From Gemmatimonadales bacterium (GTDB lineage: Bacteria > Gemmatimonadota > Gemmatimonadetes > Gemmatimonadales > GWC2-71-9), in assembly GCA_037189525.1 (NCBI GenBank), contig JBBCJC010000002.1, positions 1,216,001 to 1,280,000 on the forward strand: a stretch of 64,000 bases of DNA. The letters run 5' to 3'. A program made the position numbers and the translations under genes. A model generated the notes under the pieces. It was not told the origin of the DNA. It ran no database searches and saw only the letters and a program-made list of their open reading frames with translations. Position 1 is the stretch's first letter. Each line of letters begins with the position of its first letter. This document shows, in pieces, positions 62,253 to 64,000 of the stretch.

Positions 62253-63933
62253 TGGATCGACGGTCCATCGGGACCGTGAGCCGAACGGTTCCGGCAGGCG
62301 GCTTTGCGACGACGACGCTGTCCGCTATGCGGAGGAAGTGCCGGAAGGCGCGCGCCTGCGAGGCGCTGAGTGAGTAGGCCGCTCCTTCCCGCGCTTCGTC
62401 TCGCGCCTCCTGGTACCGGCCCAGATACAGCAGGCAGGCGATGAGGCTGGCGCGCCCGACGTCATGCTCCGGCTGGATCACGAGCGCTCGGCTATAGAGC
62501 GTCGCCGCTTCCTCACATTGGCCGGCAATCCGGAGTTTGTCGGCAAACTCGAATGACGCGCCCCATTGTTTCGGATAGAGTGCGACCGTGAGGCGGTACT
62601 CCTGCTCGGCCCACTCGTGTGCTCCGGCGTTGACCAGCAGCTGGGCCAGCGCATGATGGGCCCGGAACGACAGCGGAGCATCGATGGCCGTCTGATACCA
62701 CAGATTGAAGTGATTCTTCCAGACCAGATGTCGGCTAAGGCTCCGCGTCGTGCCCATCACGAGGACTGCACCCACGGCGATCAGGCTCGCAACCTGGATC
62801 GGCCTTTTTGCCCGGCGAAGCCACTCGATGGCCGGCGCTGCCAGGCCGCCAACCACGAGCATCATCCCGATGCTCGGGAGGAACAACGTGCGCTCGGCCA
62901 GCACGATGCCGGTGGGGACGAGCACGTTGCTCACCGGGAAGATGCCGATCGCCGTCCACATCAGGCCGAACGTCACAACCGGGAATCGCTTCCAGCAGAT
63001 CACGGCCAGCCCGAGCGCGAGGACGAGCAGCAGAGCGCCCTGGGTGTGCTCGGCGTCCCAGCTCAGGGCGGCCTCGATTTCCCGGGGTGAATAGTCGGCC
63101 TGGAGGTGGGCCGGCCACAGCAGCAGCCGGAACCAGTGGGGCACCACCGTGACCATCGTCATGGCCCGGCCACCCATCGTCAGGCCCTCGAGCGCCTCGG
63201 CAGTAAAAGTGCCGACCAAGTCGCCGCCCAGGGCGAAGGTCCGGATCGCAAAGAACATCGTGGCGCCGAGCAGCATCACCAGCACCAGGGGGCGGATCTC
63301 GCCCAGGCGGGCACGCAGCGGCCGGGGGTCGCGCACCAGGGTAAGCTCGGCGGCGACGATCAATCCGATGATGACGAGTCCGCTCTCTTTGAACAGCGTC
63401 GCCGCCAGATAGAGACTGAAGAGTGCCAGTCCGTCGACGAACCTGAGGCGGTGTTCCTGGCGGAGCCGGAGATAGAGAAGGATGGTCAGCGCTGCGAACC
63501 ATCCTACCACGAGCTCGGATTGGTTGACTGCGACAGCCACAGCCTCGACATGGACGGGGTGCACCATGAAAAAGGCCGCGACGAGCCAGGCGGCTCCGAA
63601 AGGCAATATGGTCTTTGCCAGGGCGAATACGGCCAGTCCTGCGGCGGCATACAGAAGGGTACTGACCACCCGGAACACCACCGGGCTGCCGTCGCCCAAC
63701 GCCCACTGCACCGCGAACCCGGTGGTGGCGAGCGGCCGATAGAGGGCCGGGGCAAACGGCTTCGGCCAATAGGATTCGGTAAAGAACGACGCGGGGTTCG
63801 CCAGCGTGTGAACCACGGGGTTTTCCCGGATGACCGCGATGTCGTCCTGGGCAAACTGGTTACCCATACCCGACAGGGTCGAAGCAAGGCACAGTCCGAT
63901 GAGGCCGATGACGGCCGTCGTATTCCGCGTCAT
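62242..63933 (-). CDS. TMTC-like GT-C glycosyltransferase with TPRs (paralog)
   Basis: FAQDD, YRP, FMVHPVHVEA, FKE, AERTLFLPS, TPR. Confidence 0.8.
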   Translation of the reverse strand: MTRNTTAVIGLIGLCLASTLSGMGNQFAQDDIAVIRENPVVHTLANPASFFTESYWPKPFAPALYRPLATTGFAVQWALGDGSPVVFRVVSTLLYAAAGLAVFALAKTILPFGAAWLVAAFFMVHPVHVEAVAVAVNQSELVVGWFAALTILLYLRLRQEHRLRFVDGLALFSLYLAATLFKESGLVIIGLIVAAELTLVRDPRPLRARLGEIRPLVLVMLLGATMFFAIRTFALGGDLVGTFTAEALEGLTMGGRAMTMVTVVPHWFRLLLWPAHLQADYSPREIEAALSWDAEHTQGALLLVLALGLAVICWKRFPVVTFGLMWTAIGIFPVSNVLVPTGIVLAERTLFLPSIGMMLVVGGLAAPAIEWLRRAKRPIQVASLIAVGAVLVMGTTRSLSRHLVWKNHFNLWYQTAIDAPLSFRAHHALAQLLVNAGAHEWAEQEYRLTVALYPKQWGASFEFADKLRIAGQCEEAATLYSRALVIQPEHDVGRASLIACLLYLGRYQEARDEAREGAAYSLSASQARAFRHFLRIADSVVVAKPPAGTVRLTVPMDRRSNGG

Positions 63934-64000
63934 AAGGAGAGCCAGTGATGCAAGAACCGGGGAATTGAGGGTTGGAGCCCGAAGCAGGGGGTCGGAGCTG

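Overview
GC-rich bacterial chromosomal window. The gene content (orphan duplicated ABC permeases with PadR, SusC/SusD pair, many secreted peptidases, TMTC-like glycosyltransferases) suggests Gemmatimonadota; this is an inference. About 49 genes; no rRNA, tRNA, CRISPR array or transposase was recognised. (1) ~1.3-27.3 kb is a putative zinc-starvation island: COG0523 GTPase, Cys-free L33, TonB receptor/DUF4876/beta-barrel cassette, two tandem Fur-family regulators, three DUF3299 paralogs, a ZrgBC-like ABC system with a His-rich lipoprotein, an S9 peptidase and a PD40/PHP metallohydrolase. Nearly every promoter region in it carries an AT-rich Fur-like operator with non-canonical +1 spacing (TGATAAY-N2 or N8-RTTATCA). 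The Fe3+ ABC operon outside the island has a canonical 7-1-7 box. (2) 28.4-39.4 kb is an ECF sigma/FecR/SusC/SusD locus with D-amino-acid/peptide hydrolases. (3) The rest holds the Fe3+ ABC transporter, PadR plus permease, peptidases, glnS, MscS, a glutaminyl cyclase, an AAA ATPase with AT-rich upstream repeats and two TMTC-like genes. Most predicted secreted proteins begin with Gln after the signal peptide (Q-rule-like). Family and domain names were recognised from motifs by eye, not by database search.
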